DNA of 64,000 nt from Yuukianura sp. NJ FZ-2021 (Eukaryota). The notes under the pieces were generated by a model. The model searched no databases, was not told the origin of the DNA, and was given only the letters and a program-made list of their open reading frames with translations. Position numbers and translations under genes: made by a program. Every line of letters begins with the position of its first letter. Within the stretch, counting starts at the first letter, position 1. Shown piece after piece: positions 61,407-64,000 of this stretch. The stretch is taken from positions 1,612,001 through 1,676,000 of the forward strand of contig CM102285.1 in assembly GCA_046563655.1 (NCBI GenBank). The letters run 5' to 3'.

Positions 61407-63170
61407 TTAGTTTAGATGCTGTTGAATTATGTTAGAATAAAATAGTTCTTGTAGTTCTTCCTCTATATAGGCAATAAATTCTGCTGAACTATCTTCCGTC
61501 GAACAAATATTTTCATCCACTCCTATCCAATAGCGAAAGGTTCCGTCGTAAGACACAATGCTTGCTCCCAGCGCTACAGAAAATATTTTAAATAATTTAT
61601 ACATTTAATTTAAGTTGAACGAAGTGGTAAAGCAATGTAATTAGGCAAGCAAGAATTTATACGTAGCTTTGCATAAAATTAAATGAATTCTTACCCAATT
61701 GCATTGCTTACCTAATTTTTCTGATTTAATGGCGCGCTTTGTGTTATCGATGTAGTATATTGATAGCGTATATCAGTATATTTGTTACATACCTTGAAAA
61801 GGACTTTCGTTAATATATGCCATGTCTTCAACAACATTTCCACCAATAGAAATTGGTTTTGTTGGTCCAGGAAAAATGCTTACTGTTGCAGAAATAGCCA
61901 AGAACAGTGGAATTGACCACCTTTTTGGAAAGGAATTAGTGAAAAGAGCTACAAAGTAGCCAACTGATGACGATTTCCGTTGACGTTCAGCTTGTGCTTG
62001 ACGTTCCAGCAACATCAATCGCTCGGAAGCCGTTTCAGCCCCTACTGGCAACGTCATATTGAATGGGTAACTGAAAGTGTGGATTGTTTTTTAAAACCAA
62101 ATTTTTGAAAATGTGGTCTGAAGATTTTCTAGTGTACATAAATTGACAAAGTAGCAAAATTTAAATTACGTATTGTCGTTTTACATTTGATTTGTCAGTT
62201 GGTTTGAATGGTTCGGAAAAGTTGTGAACGTGAGGCATTGCATTTCCTTTGGAATTGGTTTCTCTTCGTTTTGAAGCTTCCGCCGAATTGCTCCTGTGAA
62301 TACCTCCATCATCACGGTCGACACGGAAACGTTGACCTTTGACCTTAACTGTTTCACTTCACCAAGGTCAAATGTCCTTGACATAGGTAAGTACCTAACA
62401 GTAGAGATTCCAGGATTCCAATATGATTGTGATTTGCACACTGCACGGTAGATGAGGTCCAAGTACGATCCGATGCAGTACCACACACGCCGGAAAAAAC
62501 CGAAGCAAGATTTTGGCGGTTCTTCTGGAAGTTGAAGTCTTTGAACTTCCGAGTCAGCAGCAAGCATCAAAACTTTAAAAATTGCTTCACCATCGGACAA
62601 GCAATGGTCAAATTTGAAACAAATGAAGTGACAATTTGAGTTTTCGCCAAATTCCAAAAATGTAAATTCCCACGGACTGGATTTTTCCGGGAATGGAGTC
62701 TGGAGCAATTGCTCGAACTGCGCATGAGCGTCAGCCTCTTGGTCCAACGTCACGTGATGAATGTGTTTGTCCATGTCGAATGACTCCTCCCACTTCCAGA
62801 AGGCGTATCCACCAAACATAGTTGGATACTGCTGGAATTCGGGATAAACGAAGTCACCCGAGTCATTCCGAGCGAAAATGCACTTCGTTCGGAATCGCTC
62901 TTTTACTAAATCAGAGTCTAATTTTCCAGAAACTTTGAACCAAATGAGGACCTGGAATGCTGGATGAGATACCTTCGAAAACAGAAATTGACTCTGCGGG
63001 GATAAAATTTTGCACAACTTTTTTGAAAGGCATGGCACAAATTTTGCCAAAATTTGTCTGTAGATCAAAATTGGCGATGTGAGAAAGACGAATAAAAGGA
63101 ATGCAAATCCTAGAAGAACTTTTAAAACACAAGTATGCAACTGTTTTAACTTTTTTATATTTGAACACAT
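61407..63170 (-). CDS. WS/DGAT-like array copy 4, intact (exons 63170-62185, 62070-61793, 61573-61407; 476 aa)
   Basis: Exons sum to 1431 nt; motif FKFDHCLSDG; close paralog of copy 3. Confidence 0.85.
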
Positions 63171-63369
63171 CGCCTCTACTTTTAGTAACAGTTGACAACA
63201 GTTGACCAATGAAAAACGAAAGTTGAATTGATTACGAATTTTGTTTGTATAATGTTTTTGTCATTGTTTTCGAAAGTTGATCGAAAGCCAAAGCTTTTTC
63301 TTGTATCATCTTGCATAATCTTGTATCTTCACGAATCACATCGAAGCCAGTTAGCTCAACAGCAATTAC

Positions 63370-64000
63370 CTAAGCACTTTTCGTTAGCTCGGACACAATT
63401 GAACTTATGTTAGAATGAAGTACATATAGCTCTTGTAGTTCTTCTTCTATGTAGGCTGTAAATTCCGCTGAACTTTTTTCCGTTGAACAAACACTTCCTT
63501 CCACACCAATCCAGTAGCGAAAGGTTCCGTTGTAAGACATAATGCTTGCTCCCAGCGCTATACAAAACATTTTAAGTAATTTATGCATTTAATTTAAATT
63601 GAACACGCTGTATATTTTTTGTTTGTTGTTTTTTTTGTACAGGTAATATATCAATAATATGTGTGACATGGGTCCTTGCCATTAGCTCAAAAAATTAGGT
63701 AAGCAGCTTTATGCTAGAGGTTGCATGAAAATACTATATTTATGAAAGCATTGTAATTAAATAAGCTAGAATTTATACGTAACCGTGAATAAAATTGAGT
63801 AAATTTTTACCTAATTGCATTTTTGAATTGCTTCCCTAATTTTTCTGATCTAATAGAATGCTTCGTGTTGTCGATGTAGTATATTGTTAGCATTCAAGAT
63901 ACTCGATATTGCATACTGTGTGTTACAAGTAATATCCATTTGCTCCATACCTTGAAAAGGACCTTCGCTGATATATGCCATGTCTTCCACGACGTTTCCA
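63370..64000 (-). CDS. WS/DGAT-like array copy 5, partial (end of exon 2 at 64000-63951; exon 3 at 63557-63370)
   Basis: VVEDMAYISEGPFQ| and LGASIMSYNGTFRYWIGV match copies 3 and 4; runs off the window edge. Confidence 0.8.

Noticed and set aside
45853-64000. Bacterial contamination or recent horizontal transfer as the source of the WS/DGAT genes
   Set aside because: The genes have spliceosomal introns, host-like composition, a metazoan BEL/Pao insertion and flanking animal housekeeping genes

Overview
AT-rich, intron-containing animal genomic DNA with compact genes and short GT-AG introns. Gene content suggests an arthropod, possibly a springtail (inference only). Left part: two tandem 4-exon gustatory-receptor-like (GR-like) genes, a 6-exon WS/DGAT-type (HHxxxDG) acyltransferase, a tetraspanin and a third, frameshifted GR-like gene. 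Middle: a housekeeping block of mitochondrial RBFA, APRT, Acinus, an ORP3/6/7-type OSBP-related protein, an orphan ORF, ATP synthase delta, CFAP418/C8orf37 with an RFX X-box, and THG1. Right part: a tandem array of at least five more WS/DGAT-like genes undergoing birth-and-death evolution. One is frameshifted by a double snap-back templated insertion. One is split by a very recent, intact BEL/Pao LTR retrotransposon (1088/1089-bp LTRs, CCGAG target-site duplication). Two carry a variant DHxxxDG motif, and a relic exon lies between two copies. Several MITE- and Helitron-like repeats and perfect palindromes are present. Exon boundaries were read manually from splice signals and frame continuity; no database searches were run.
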